From Mustelus asterias (taxonomy: Eukaryota), in contig NW_027590242.1 in the NCBI RefSeq assembly GCF_964213995.1, positions 62,001 through 126,000 of the forward strand: DNA of 64,000 nt, in the 5' to 3' direction. Numbering within the stretch: the stretch's first letter is position 1; every line of letters begins with the position of its first letter. Of this stretch, positions 39,003 to 50,322 are shown piece by piece. The position numbers and the translations under genes were made by a program. The notes below the pieces were generated by a model, which did no database searches, was not told where the DNA came from, and was given only the letters and a program-made list of their open reading frames with translations.

Positions 39003-41906
39003 TCAAGCTATCCCACTCCCTATCATCCTGGTGTGCTCCATGTGCCTATCCAATAACCACTTAAATGTTCCTAAAGTGTCTAACTCCACTATCACTGCAG
39101 GCAGTCCATTCCACACCCCAACCACTCTCTGCGTAAAGAACCTACCTCTGATATCCGTCCTGTATCTCCCACCACGAACCCTATAGTTATGCCCCCTTGT
39201 AATAGCTCCATCCACCCGAGGAAATAGTCTTTGAACGTTCACTCTATCTATCCCCTTCATCATTTTATACACCTCTATTAAGTCTCCCCTCAGCCTCCTC
39301 CGCTCCAGAGAGAACAGCCCTAGCTCCCTCAACCTTTCCTCATATGACCTACCCTCCAAACCAGGCAGCATCCTGGTAAATCTCCTCTGCACTCTTTCCA
39401 GCGCTTCCACATCCTTCTTATAGTGAGGTGACCAGAACTGCACACAATATTCCAAATGTGGTCTCACCAAGGTCCTGTACAGTTGCAGCATAACCCCACG
39501 GCTCTTAAACTCCAACCCCCTGTTAATAAAAGCTAACACACTATAGGCCTTCTTCACAGCTCTATCCACTTGACTGGCAACCTTTAGAGATCTGTGGATA
39601 TGGACCCCAAGATCTCTCTGTTCCTCCACAGTCTTCAGAACCCTACCTTTGACCCTGTAATCCACATTTAAATTTGTCCTACCAAAATGAATCACCTCAC
39701 ATTTATCAGGGTTAAACTCCATTTGCCATTTTTCAGCCCAGCTTTGCATCCTATCTATGTCTCTTTGCAGCCTACAACAGCCCTCCACCTCATCCACTAC
39801 TCCACCAATCTTGGTGTCATCAGCAAATTTACTGATCCACCCTTCAGCCCCCTCCTCTAAGTCATTAATAAAAATCACAAAGAGCAGAGGACCAAGCACT
39901 GATCCCTGCGGCACACCGCTAGCAACCTGCCTCCAATCCGAAAATTTTCCATCGAACACCACCCTCTGTCTTCGGTCAGACAGCCAGTTACCTATCCAAT
40001 CGGCCAACTTTCCCTCTATCCCACACCTCCTCACTTTCATCATAAGCCGACCATGGGGGACCTTATCAAACGCCTTACTAAAATTCATGTATATGACATC
40101 AACTGCCCTACCTTCATCAACACACTTAGTTACCTCCTCAAAAAATTCTATCAAATTTGTGAGGCACGACTTGCCCTTCACGAATCCGTGCTGACTATCT
40201 CGGATTAATCCGCATCTTTCTAAATGGTCGTAAATCCCATCCCTAAGGACCCTTTCCATCAATTTACCAACCACCGAAGTAAGACTAACCGGTCTATAAT
40301 TACCAGGGTCATTTCTATTCCCTTTCTTAAACAGAGGAACAACATTCGCCATTCTCCAGTCCTCTGGCACCATCCCCGTGGACAGCGAGGACCCAAAGAT
40401 CAACGCCAAAGGCTCTGCAATCTCATCCCTTGCCTCCCACAGAATCCTAGGATACATTTCATCAGGCCCAGGGGACTTATCGACCTTCAGTTTATTCAAA
40501 ACTGCCAAGACATCCTCCCTCCGAACATCTATTTCCTCCAGCCTATTAGCCTGTAACACCTTCTCTTCCTCAAAAACATGGCCCCTCTCCTTGGTGAACA
40601 CTGAAGAAAAGTATTCATTCATCACCTCGCCTATCTCTACTGACTCCATACACAAGTTCCCACTACTGTCCTTGACCGGCCCTAACCTCACCCTGGTCAT
40701 TCTTTTATTCCTCACATAAGAGTAAAAAGCCTTGGGGTTTTCCTTGATCCGACCCGCCAAGGACTTCTCATGTCCCCTCCTAGCTCTCTTAAGCCCCTTT
40801 TTCAGCTCATTCCTTGCTAACTTGTAACCCTCAATCGAGCCATCTGAACCTTGTTTCCTCATCCCTACATAAGCTTCCCTCTTCCTTTTCACAAGACATT
40901 CCACCTCTTTTGTGAACCATGGTTCCCTCACTCGGCCATTTCCTCCCTGCCTGACAGGAACATACCTATCAAGGACATCCAGTATTTGTTCCTTGAAAAA
41001 GTTCCACTTTTCATTAGTTCCTTTCTCTGACAGTTTCTGTTCCCAACTTATGCCCCCTAATTCTTGCCTAATCGCATCATAATTACCCCTCCCCCAATTG
41101 TAAACCTTGCCCTGCCGTACGGCCCTATCCCTCTCCATTGCAATAACAAAAGACACCGAATTGTGGTCACTATCTCCAAATTGCTCTCCCACAACCAAAC
41201 CTAACACTTGGCCCAGTTCATTTCCCAGTACCAAATCCAATGTGGCCTCACCTCTAGTCGGCCCATCCACATATTGTGTCAGGAAACCCTCCCGCACACA
41301 CTGCACAAAAACTGCCCCATCCAAACTATTTGACCTACAAAGGTTCCAATCAATATTTGGAAAGTTAAAGTCCCCCATGACAACTACCCTGTGACCCCCA
41401 CACATATCCATAATCTGCTTAGCAATTTCTTCCTCCACATCTCTATTACTATTTGGGGGCCTATAGTAAACTCCTAGCAACGTGACCGCTCCTTTCCTAT
41501 TTCTAACTTCAGCCCATATTACCTCAGTGTGCAGATCCCCCACGAAGTGCCTTTCCGCAGCCGTTAAACTATCCTTGATTAACAATGCCACTCCTCCACC
41601 TCTTTTACCAGCTTCCCTACACTTAGTGAAACATCTATACCCCGGAACGTCCAACAACCATTCCTGTCCTTGTTCTACCCACGTCTCCGTAATGGCCACA
41701 ACATCGTAGTCCCAAGTACCAATCCACGCCCCAAGTTCATCTACCTTGTTCCGGATGCTCCTTGCATTGAAGTAGACACACTTCAACCCACCTTCCTGTC
41801 TACCAGTACCCACCCTTGACCCTGATACCTTCCCCAATGCCTCACCACCCTCACTGACTTCTGGACTACAACTCCCTTTCCCACTCCCCTGACAAATTAG
41901 TTTAAA
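39003..41906 (-). CDS. CR1 ORF2: APE endonuclease plus reverse transcriptase (no AUG upstream of the endonuclease)
   Basis: NARSI, AITETW, GDFN and SDHN endonuclease motifs; QHGF, YMNFSKAFD, GVPQGSVLGP and FADD RT motifs. The frame is open from 42017, where the ORF-track 'M' is a TTG codon. Confidence 0.95.
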   Translation of the reverse strand, partial: FKLICQGSGKGSCSPEVSEGGEALGKVSGSRVGTGRQEGGLKCVYFNARSIRNKVDELGAWIGTWDYDVVAITETWVEQGQEWLLDVPGYRCFTKCREAGKRGGGVALLIKDSLTAAERHFVGDLHTEVIWAEVRNRKGAVTLLGVYYRPPNSNRDVEEEIAKQIMDMCGGHRVVVMGDFNFPNIDWNLCRSNSLDGAVFVQCVREGFLTQYVDGPTRGEATLDLVLGNELGQVLGLVVGEQFGDSDHNSVSFVIAMERDRAVRQGKVYNWGRGNYDAIRQELGGISWEQKLSEKGTNEKWNFFKEQILDVLDRYVPVRQGGNGRVREPWFTKEVECLVKRKREAYVGMRKQGSDGSIEGYKLARNELKKGLKRARRGHEKSLAGRIKENPKAFYSYVRNKRMTRVRLGPVKDSSGNLCMESVEIGEVMNEYFSSVFTKERGHVFEEEKVLQANRLEEIDVRREDVLAVLNKLKVDKSPGPDEMYPRILWEARDEIAEPLALIFGSSLSTGMVPEDWRMANVVPLFKKGNRNDPGNYRPVSLTSVVGKLMERVLRDGIYDHLERCGLIRDSQHGFVKGKSCLTNLIEFFEEVTKCVDEGRAVDVIYMNFSKAFDKVPHGRLMMKVRRCGIEGKLADWIGNWLSDRRQRVVFDGKFSDWRQVASGVPQGSVLGPLLFVIFINDLEEGAEGWISKFADDTKIGGVVDEVEGCCRLQRDIDRMQSWAEKWQMEFNPDKCEVIHFGRTNLNVDYRVKGRVLKTVEEQRDLGVHIHRSLKVASQVDRAVKKAYSVLAFINRGLEFKSRGVMLQLYRTLVRPHLEYCVQFWSPHYKKDVEALERVQRRFTRMLPGLEGRSYEERLRELGLFSLERRRLRGDLIEVYKMMKGIDRVNVQRLFPRVDGAITRGHNYRVRGGRYRTDIRGRFFTQRVVGVWNGLPAVIVELDTLGTFKWLLDRHMEHTRMIGSGIA

Positions 41907-42823
41907 CCCCCCTGAAGAGCCGTAACAAATTTCCCTCCGAGGATATTGGTGCCCCTCTGGTTCAGGTGCACCCCGTCCTGTTTGTACAGGTCCCACCTTC
42001 CCCAGAACGTGTTCCAATTATCCACGTATCTGAAAGCCTCCCTCCTACACCATCCCTGCAACCACATATTTAACTGCACTCTCTCCCTGTTCCTCAACTC
42101 GCTATCACGTGGTACCGGCAACGTACCAGAGATGACCACATGTTTCGTCTTGGCTCTCAGCTTCCAGCCCAGCTCCAGAAATTCCTGCTTTAAATCCCCG
42201 TCCCTTCTCTTACCTATGTCATTGGTACCAATGTGCACCACGACTTGTGACTGTTTCCCCTCCCCCTTCAGAATCTGGAAAACACGGTCTGAGACATCAC
42301 GGACCTTGGCATCCGGTAGGCAACATACCATCCGTGAGTCTCTTTTGCTGCCACAGAACCTCGTATCTATCCCTCTAACTAACGAGTCCCCAATAACTAT
42401 CGCCCTCCCGCTCTCCCCCTTTCCCTCCCGAGCCACAGAGACGGACACAGTGCTGGAGATCCTCTCACTGCGGCTCCCCACTGGTATGTCATCCCCCTCA
42501 ACCGTATCCAAAGCGGAATACTTGTTGCTAAGGGGAACGACCACCGGGGATCCCTGCACGGACTGCTTCCTCCCAGCCCCTCTCACCGTCACCCATCTGT
42601 TTTCAATCCTCGGAGTAACTGTATTCCTAAAGCTTGTGTCTATGGCCATCTCTGCGTCCCTGATGATCCTAAGTTCATCCAACTCCAGCTCCAGTTCCCT
42701 AACACGGTTTTGGAGGAGCTGCAGATGGGTGCACTTCCCACAGGTGTAATCAGTAGGGACACTGTCGTCGTCCCTCACCTCAAACATCGTGCAAGAGGAA
42801 CATTGCACTGCCTGCACACCCAT
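41897..42823 (-). CDS. CR1 ORF1: zinc finger/leucine zipper plus SGNH esterase domain
   Basis: CxxC...CxxC, a heptad LQNRVRELELEL, and IGDSLV, HIGTNDI, DGVHLN esterase blocks. Confidence 0.92.
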   Translation of the reverse strand: MGVQAVQCSSCTMFEVRDDDSVPTDYTCGKCTHLQLLQNRVRELELELDELRIIRDAEMAIDTSFRNTVTPRIENRWVTVRGAGRKQSVQGSPVVVPLSNKYSALDTVEGDDIPVGSRSERISSTVSVSVAREGKGESGRAIVIGDSLVRGIDTRFCGSKRDSRMVCCLPDAKVRDVSDRVFQILKGEGKQSQVVVHIGTNDIGKRRDGDLKQEFLELGWKLRAKTKHVVISGTLPVPRDSELRNRERVQLNMWLQGWCRREAFRYVDNWNTFWGRWDLYKQDGVHLNQRGTNILGGKFVTALQGGLN

Positions 42824-43809
42824 CCCCTCTAGATACCTTGCCAGTACCAGGTAGAAAGTGCAAAAATGAATTCAACTCACCCCTACTCGCCCTTTCAGCC
42901 TAAGCCCTGTGAGCCAAAGTCTTATAGCTCACACTCTGCTTCCCACACACTTCACTGCCCGCTCCCGACGCTACCCGCTGTATACTGCAGCCTACCTTTT
43001 ATACTTCACGCGCTTAAAAAACCCTTCCCAGACTCCTTTGCTGCCCACTTCTAGTTTTCACTTTAAACTTGAAAAACTGCTGTTAAAGTAAAGGCCAAAA
43101 AAATACACACACTAGCTGACTAATTAAATAAATAAACAATTCAATTAATCCAATTAATCTCTCACCAGCACTGCTGCCTTCAATCACCCCTCTCAGCTTG
43201 CTCCAGTGGATCAATGAGGGGGAACCTCCCAGGTAACTGACTTTTAAAGTTAAAATAAAAACCCTTCCCAGACTCCTTTGCTGCCCACTTCTAGTTTTCA
43301 CTTTAAACTTGAAAAACTGCTGTTAAAGTAAAGGCCAAAAAAATACACACACTAGCTGACTAATTAAATAAATAAACAATTCAATTAATCTCTCACCAGC
43401 ACTGCTGCCTTCAATCACCCCTCTCAGCTTGCTCCAGTGGATCAATGAGAATATTAAGAAGCAACAATTGAGAAATTATGCATTGTAAACGGGGGGAAAA
43501 AGACAGAAGACCCATGGCAGGTGACTAGCTGGGGTCTCAGCACTGATCCTGCATTACCCCAATAATCACTGCCTGCCAGTTGGAAAAAGACCTGTTTAAT
43601 CTTACTCTATTTCCTGTCTGCCAACAAGTTTTCAATCTCAATACATTCGCCCCAATCCCATGTGCATTAATTTTTATGAAGAAGTTGCTGTGTTGGTGGA
43701 CGAGGGGAATCGGGTTCACATTTTCTATCTCAGGGCATAATCATCAACAACTTGTATTTACACAGAGTGTTGTGGGACTGGAGGAGGTTACTGAGATACT
43801 GAGGAACTT

Positions 43810-44160
43810 TTTTAAATTAATTTTTACTGGATGTAGGCGTCACTGGCTGGGCCAGCATTTCTTGCCCATCTCTAACTGCCTCCATTTCAGAGGGCATTTG
43901 AGAGTCAACCACATTGCTGTGGGTCTGGAGTCACATGTAGGCCAGACCAGGTAAGGACAGCAGGTTTCCTTCCCGAAAGGACATGACTGAACCAGAGTGG
44001 TTTTGACAACGATCAACAATGGTTAAGGTTTGTCATTAGACTTTTAATTCGAGATTTTAATTGAGTTCAAATTTCACCATTGCCTGTGGTGGGATTCGAA
44101 CCTGGGTCCCCAGAGCCTTACCCTGAGTCCAGTGATAATCCCACTGTGCCACTGCCTCCC
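43810..44160 (-). mobile_element. SacSINE1/DeuSINE-like SINE
   Basis: Reverse complement of the 21721 family. Confidence 0.7.
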
Positions 44161-44223
44161 CAATTCATCCAATTGTTATTGTTTATCTCAGGGCGCAGAA
44201 ACAACAGAATCCAACGTTGCCGG

Positions 44224-46251
44224 TCACACATGAAGTCGTCTATGTTTCAGCAGGCTGTAATACTGAGTAAATCCCTTCCCACACATGGAGCAGTTGAAAG
44301 GTTTTGCCCCAGTGTGAACTCGCTGGTGTCTCTGCAGGCGGGATGGATCAGTGAATCCCTTCCCACACAGGGAGCAGGTGAACGGTTTTGCCCCAGTGTG
44401 AACTCGCTGGTGTCTCTGCAGGCGGGATGGATCAGTGAATCCCTTCCCACACAGGGAGCAGGTGAACGGTTTTGCCCCAGTGTGAACTCGCTGGTGTCTC
44501 TGCAGGCGGGATGGATCAGTGAATCCCTTCCCACACAGGGAGCAGGTGAATGGTTCTGTCGCAGTGTGAACTCGCTGGTGTTTCAGCATATAGGATGAAT
44601 CAGTGAATCCCTTCCCACACACAGAGCAGGTGAACGACTTCTCCCCGGTGTGAATGCGTTGGTGTCTCAGCAGGCCAGACGACTGAGCGAATCCCTTTCC
44701 ACACACAGAGCACAGGAACGGCCTCTCCCCGGTGTGAACTCGCTGGTGTCTCTGCAGGTTGGATACCTGAGTGAATCCCTTCCCACACACAGAGCAGGTG
44801 AACGGCTTCTCCCCAGTGTGAACTCGCTGATGTCTCTGCAGGTGGGATGGATCAGTGAATCCCTTCCCACACTGAGAGCAGGTGAACGGTTCTGTCGCAG
44901 TGTGAACTCGCTGGTGTCTCTGCAGGCTGGATACCTGAGTGTATCCCTTCCCACACACAGAGCAGGTGAACGGCTTCTCCCCGGTGTGAACTCGCTGGTG
45001 TGTCTGCAGGCTGGATGAACCAATGAATCCCTTCCCACACACAGAGCAGGTGAACGGCCTGTCCCCTGTGTGAATGTATTGGTGTCTCAGCAGGTCAGAC
45101 GACTGAGTGAATCTCTTGCCACAAATGGAGCAAGAGAATGGCTTCTCCCCGGTGTGAACAGGCCGATGTTTCAGCAGGTGTTGTAAAGAAGCAAATGCTT
45201 TCCCGCAGACAGGGCAAACGTAAGGCCTCTCCCCTGTGTGAACACGCTCGTGTATCACAAGCTGGGATGAATGAGGAAACATCTTCCCACACACGGAGCA
45301 GAGGAATGGCCTCTCCCCAGTGTGAACTCGCCGGTGCCTCAGAAGATAGTGAGACCGAGTGAATTCCTTCCCACACACCGAGCAGGTGAACAGCTTCTCC
45401 CCAGTGTGAACTCGCTGGTGTGTCAGCTGGTCAGTTGATTGAACTTCTTCCTTTCTACACATTGAGGAGGTGAATGGTTTCCCTCCAGTGTGAATACTCT
45501 TGTGTGTCAAAAGGTGTGAAAATCGAGTGAATCTCTTCCCACACAGGGAGCAGAGGAAAGGCCTCTCCCCAGTGTGAACTCGCTTGTGTGTCAGAAGATG
45601 AGATGAATGAGCGAATCTCTTCCCACAAACAGAACAGGGGTACGGCCTCTCCCCGGTGTGAGTGTCCTGGTGTCTCAGCAGACTAATCCTTCTTTTGAAG
45701 GTCTTCTCACATTTAAAGCATTTAAAATGTCTCTTCTGAGAATGAACCAGTTGGTGAACGGTGCAGTGGGAGGACTGAGTGAATCTCTTCCCACACTGGG
45801 AGCAGCTGAATGGCCTGTCCTTGGTATGAACTGGTTGATGCTCAGTGAGATGCACTGAGTCGCTGAACGACTCCCCGCAGTGGGAGCAGCTGAACGGTCT
45901 CTCGTGTGTGTGAAGGAGCTGGTGCTCTGCAAGGCGGGAGGACTGGCTGAACCTCTTCCCGCAGTGGGAGCAGCTGAACGGTCTCTCGTCAGTGTGAAGG
46001 AGCTGGTGTTGGGCCTGTTCCTCAGAGGTTTCAATGCTTTCCCCAGAGTCAGAGCTTTGAAGAGGCTTCTGAATAATGTGATCGAGTTGGTGAGCCAGCA
46101 GGTTGGACGAACACATGAATTTCTTCCCACACACGGAGCAGGTGAATGAACTCTCACTATTGCGAGCTCGCTGTCGTGTCAGCATGTTTTCCAGCTGTAT
46201 CAATCCCTTCCCACAGGAGGAGCAAGGAAACAGATTCTCACCAGTTTCCAA
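44224..46251 (-). CDS. Long tandem C2H2 zinc-finger protein (~24 finger units, ~21 intact); start codon uncertain (first ATG at 46182)
   Basis: 675-codon open frame of finger repeats. Splice acceptor at ~46369. Confidence 0.88.
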   Translation of the reverse strand: METGENLFPCSSCGKGLIQLENMLTRQRARNSESSFTCSVCGKKFMCSSNLLAHQLDHIIQKPLQSSDSGESIETSEEQAQHQLLHTDERPFSCSHCGKRFSQSSRLAEHQLLHTHERPFSCSHCGESFSDSVHLTEHQPVHTKDRPFSCSQCGKRFTQSSHCTVHQLVHSQKRHFKCFKCEKTFKRRISLLRHQDTHTGERPYPCSVCGKRFAHSSHLLTHKRVHTGERPFLCSLCGKRFTRFSHLLTHKSIHTGGKPFTSSMCRKEEVQSTDQLTHQRVHTGEKLFTCSVCGKEFTRSHYLLRHRRVHTGERPFLCSVCGKMFPHSSQLVIHERVHTGERPYVCPVCGKAFASLQHLLKHRPVHTGEKPFSCSICGKRFTQSSDLLRHQYIHTGDRPFTCSVCGKGFIGSSSLQTHQRVHTGEKPFTCSVCGKGYTQVSSLQRHQRVHTATEPFTCSQCGKGFTDPSHLQRHQRVHTGEKPFTCSVCGKGFTQVSNLQRHQRVHTGERPFLCSVCGKGFAQSSGLLRHQRIHTGEKSFTCSVCGKGFTDSSYMLKHQRVHTATEPFTCSLCGKGFTDPSRLQRHQRVHTGAKPFTCSLCGKGFTDPSRLQRHQRVHTGAKPFTCSLCGKGFTDPSRLQRHQRVHTGAKPFNCSMCGKGFTQYYSLLKHRRLHV

Positions 46252-46395
46252 CTGAGATGGTCAATTAAATCCCTTCAGATGCACAAATTTTCAGATCCCG
46301 ATGAACCGATTGACTCTGTCTGACGTGAGATTCGATCATCCAGACTGCAGATCCTTCTCTTCAATTTCCTGTAAAATAAGTTTACAAAGAATTAC

Positions 46396-46690
46396 ATGGA
46401 TGGCACAGTGGTTAGTACTCCTGCCTCTCAGCACCAGGGACCTGGGTTCGATTGTAGCCTTGGTTACCTGTCTGTATGGAGTTTGCGCATTCTCCTTGTG
46501 TCTGTGTGGGTTTCCTCCGGGTGCTCCAGTTCCCTCCCACTCTCCAAAGATGTTCAGGTTAGGTGGTTGCCCCTTTCTGTCCCAAGATGTGTAGGTTCGG
46601 GAGATTAGCGGGGTAAATATGTGGGGTTACGGGAATAGCCTGGGTGGGGTGGTCTGAAAGGCCTCCTTCTGCACTGTAGGGATTCTATGA
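46396..46690 (+). mobile_element. HE1 SINE
   Basis: Head, core and tail motifs. Confidence 0.8.
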
Positions 46691-46729
46691 ATACATGAGA
46701 TACACAATACACAAACAGGCCAGTCTATT

Positions 46730-47078
46730 TTTTAAATTCATTTTTAACGGGGTGTGGGCGTCACCGACTGGGACAGCATTTATTGCCCATCCCCAACTGC
46801 CCTCCATTTCACAGGACTTTTGAGAGTCAACCACATTGCTGTGGTTACATGTAGGCCAGACCAGTTAAGGCCAGCAGATTTCCATCCTTAAAGGACATCA
46901 GTGAACCAGATGGGTTTTTACGACAATCAACAATGGTTTCATGGTCATCATCAGACTTTTAATTGAATTTAAATTTCACCATCTGCTGTGGTGGGATTCG
47001 AACCTAGGTCCCCAGAACATTATCCTGGGTCTCTGGATTGCTAGTCCAGTGATAGTTCCACTGTGCCACTGCCTCCGC
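46730..47078 (-). mobile_element. SacSINE1/DeuSINE-like SINE
   Basis: Reverse complement of the conserved core and head. Confidence 0.7.
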
Positions 47079-47889
47079 CGCCACCCTCCCACCCCTGCCC
47101 TGATCTGTACTGGAATTTCTAATCCACACAAATCTCCTCTCATTCTGCTCACCTTAACTCAGCTTTTCAGCTCAACTTTTTAATCCTTTTTCTCTCATGT
47201 TCTCATCTGGTTTCCTTTTTAAAGCATCTAAAGTATTTGTCTCAACCACTTCCAGTCGCAGTGAGTTCCATATTCTAACAACTGTCCGAAGAAATAAATA
47301 TCTCCTCCTGTTGATTTATTCGTCTCTGTTGTCTGTTCATGGTTCCCAGTATTAGAAACACCAACAAGTGGAAACATTCCATTCACATCTACCTACTTAT
47401 CCCATTCAGAAAGCCTATATCAGAAGAGACAACTCTTGGTTTGAGCTTGTTGTGTGTAAATCCTCCCCTTCTAACCCCCTGTTTAAGAAAAAGTATCCAA
47501 AATCCATCACGATAGAAAATCGCAATATTGTCTCAGGTACAAGTAATTCAGAAAGCTATTATTTATTATGAGGGGAATTGAGTAAAAGCAGGGAAGTTAT
47601 GTTTCAGTTGCACAGGGCATTGGTTAGACATATCTGGAGCAGTGTGTACATTATTGGTTTCCTTATTTAAGAAAGAATATGAGTGCATATTATTCCTTAA
47701 CTGCTTTATGAGAAGCAGTTCATGGAAGGTTTAGTAGACTAATACCTGGAATAGGTGGATTGTCAGATGAGGAGCAGTGAGACAGGCTCTGCTTGAGTTT
47801 AGCTTCTGGTCGACTTCAAAAGAGTAAGAGGCAACTTAATTTAAACCTTCAAGATTCTGAAAACTCTTGACAGGGTGGATATGGAGAGA

Positions 47890-48320
47890 AAGGTAAAAGC
47901 AAATTACTGCGGATGCTGGAATCTGAAACCAAAAGAGAAAATGCTGGAAAATCTCAGCAGATCTGGCAGCATCTGTGAGGAGAGAAAAGAGCTGAAGCTT
48001 CGAGTCCAGATGACCTTTCGTCAAAGCATTAAAAAGGCATAGAAAGTGGGAGATATTTACACTGTGAGGGAATGAAAGATGGGTCCAAGCCACAGGAACC
48101 AGGGGAAAGGATGCTAATGGCAGTCCATAGAGAGTATAGAAGTGTGAATGGCCAAACAGCAGAGAAGCTGAAGAAGTTGTGATGGATGAAGATGGCGGGG
48201 GGGGGGGGGGGGAGTGGATTGGAGGGAGGTAAAATTGAGAAAAAGGGGGAAAGGAGAAGCAAAGGGGGAGAAAAGGTGCTGCCTGACCTGCTGAGACTTT
48301 CCAGCATTTTCTGTTTTGGA
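47890..48320. mobile_element. Penelope-derived insertion (partly inverted ends) within a decayed CR1 fragment (47560-48610)
   Basis: aaatgctggaaaatctcagcag...at the left and ctgctgagactttccagcatttt at the right. Degenerate hammerhead-like ttgacga-aaggtc-atctg-gactc-gaag on the minus strand. Confidence 0.55.
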
Positions 48321-48799
48321 TCTGGAGAGGATGTTTACTCTCAGGGGAGAATCGAGGGAGTCGCTGTTTTAAAAAACAGCATTGCCCATTGAAAACAGAG
48401 ATGAGATGTTTTTCTCTCAGAGGGTCATGAATCTTTGAATTCACGTTCTTCAAAAGTGGAGGTAGAGTCTGATTTCAATTAGATAAATCTCTTGGGGCGA
48501 CAGGGATCAGGGTATTGAATTTGATAATCAGCCATGCCAATAATGAATGGCGGCGCATGCTCGAAGGGCCGAACGGTCGACTCCCAGCTTCTATTTTCTA
48601 TGTATGTTTCGATGTAAACATGAGGAGCCTGGGGCTGAAGTGTAACCAAAAGCTGTGTAACCGCTTTAGGTAACTATACAGAGTTTGCAACCTCTCACAC
48701 TGAATATGTACATGGCCCATGGACTCATCGAGGCTGCAAACAGCAGCTGCAGCCTGGGTGGGTGAAGCTGTTTAGAAACCTGTTGCTCATTGTGCTATC

Positions 48800-49530
48800 G
48801 AACCGGGAGCTCGGACCTGGAGGGGAAGCAGAAACATGAAGCCCCGCCCACTCGATGTTGCGTCACCGAGAGCATGCGCTCTCCTCCCTGCTGAATCAAG
48901 ATGGCGGCCGTTAACCTGAGTCTCGTCTCGGGAAAAAGACCGGAAGCTGCAAACACAGACCGACGGGCTCATTTTCGAGATTTGGGGCCTTGACCAGGTA
49001 TTTAGAAACCCTCTACGTCCATCCGCCGGTTCCATTGCTCCCTCTATGTTTCCGCATCCTGACCGGCTGCTGATGAGACAGAGGAACTTCTCTCCGATTG
49101 CGATCACCCACACTGCGTGCTGCAAACGCCGTTGCTTCCTGCGCATGCTCCAGACTGTAACATTACTGCGCATGCGAACCCCTTCCCGTGCGTTCCATGG
49201 GGACACCTCAGCCCCGCCCCTCGTTCAGTCCGATTGGATGGAGGACCAACCGCTCCCGCTCGGTCCTCCAGCCCCGCCCCCTATTCCTATTGGTCCGGAG
49301 CGGCCGTCAATCAGTGCCCGGGCATTGTGATGTGGAGCATGCGCAGTGTCATTGCTGTCCTTGGCGCTTGTTTGTCCCGGAGAAGCGGAGTCAGCGTTAG
49401 GCGGTGGCTGGGAGGATTTGGAAACACTTTGTGGATCCGCAAACCCTTCAGAATCATTGTCAGCTCCCTGGTTTGCAGCTGCGGGGCTTCTCCCTCCCTC
49501 CCGGGAACAGGCCCAGGTTAACGGCCCCAT
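48800..49530. promoter_or_regulatory. CpG-rich bidirectional promoter of ZNF pair 3
   Basis: YY1 consensus CAAGATGGCGGC at 48897, NRF1 TGCGCATGC three or more times, GC boxes, ATTGG boxes, CCGGAAG. 'caggttaacggcc.ccatc' occurs in opposite orientations at ~48900-48920 and 49514-49531. Confidence 0.75.
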
Positions 49531-50322
49531 CCTGGCTCAGCCACTGGAGGATGGTTCACATCAGAGGATGGGGGAGGGGGACAATAAATAAGAGGTTACA
49601 CTTTGGCCTCAAATCAATGAGGACTCTGATTTCTGGGAAGGAAGGAAACCCTGGGAGGTGGGCGGGGAGGATTCACAAACACCCGCTGGAGGCCCCAACA
49701 CCCCCAATAAGACCCATTGGTTTTATTGTCAGTCTGCAGACAGGAGCTGGAGAACTGAACCCAGACAGAGGAGAGGGAGGGAGAAAACTGGGAGTGGAGG
49801 AAAGAAATGGTGAGATGGGTTTGGATTTCAGCCCAGGGAGGAGGGAGAGTGTGTGGTACAGGGATTTACTGATTTGGGGGAACAAGAGAGGCAATTTTCT
49901 TTTTAGCATGGCCAATCAACCTAACTCGCACATCTTTGGACTGAATTTCTATCTCGATTGACCGTGACGATTTTTGTTAACTCCTTTTACAGGTGAGGTG
50001 AGGAAACATCACATAAAAATCAGATTGAGTATCGACTTATTTGGACCTGAATATCCTGAGACTTTGAACGTGGAAGGAGAAATATTTGTCTGTTCTGCCT
50101 GGAGGAGAAGATTTCAAACATCAGTGTGACTGGAAAAGCACTGAGACACACACACCCAAGTGAGAGTGTTCCAGTGAACTGACTGGAAAAAGCTTAAACC
50201 AGTTACACAGCCTGAAGAAACATCACACCATTCACAGCTGGGAGAAACTGTACATATGTTGTGTGTGTGGACAAGACTTCAACTGATCATCCAACCTGGA
50301 GAGACACAAGGACACTGGCACT

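Larger units (their letters stand above)
38919..43449 (-). mobile_element. Near-full-length CR1-clade LINE (HER1-like) with both ORFs open
   Basis: (TGTTCTA)n 3' tail at 38919-38940, ORF2, ORF1, and a 5' UTR with a 240-bp tandem monomer. Possible short TSD AGAATA. Confidence 0.95.

Noticed and set aside
41907-42017. ORF-track N-terminus of the 1004-aa ORF (MEHVLGK...)
   Set aside because: It starts at TTG and overlaps the ORF1 esterase in another frame, so it is only an open stretch upstream of the junction.
44080-46157. Antisense and alternative-frame ORFs over zinc-finger arrays (VGRDSL..., VNSLVSLQ...)
   Set aside because: Typical shadows of C2H2 repeat codon structure.
44224-46251. PRDM9 or KRAB-ZNF identity
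   Set aside because: No SET, KRAB or SSXRD coding exon is recognisable between the promoter and the finger exon.
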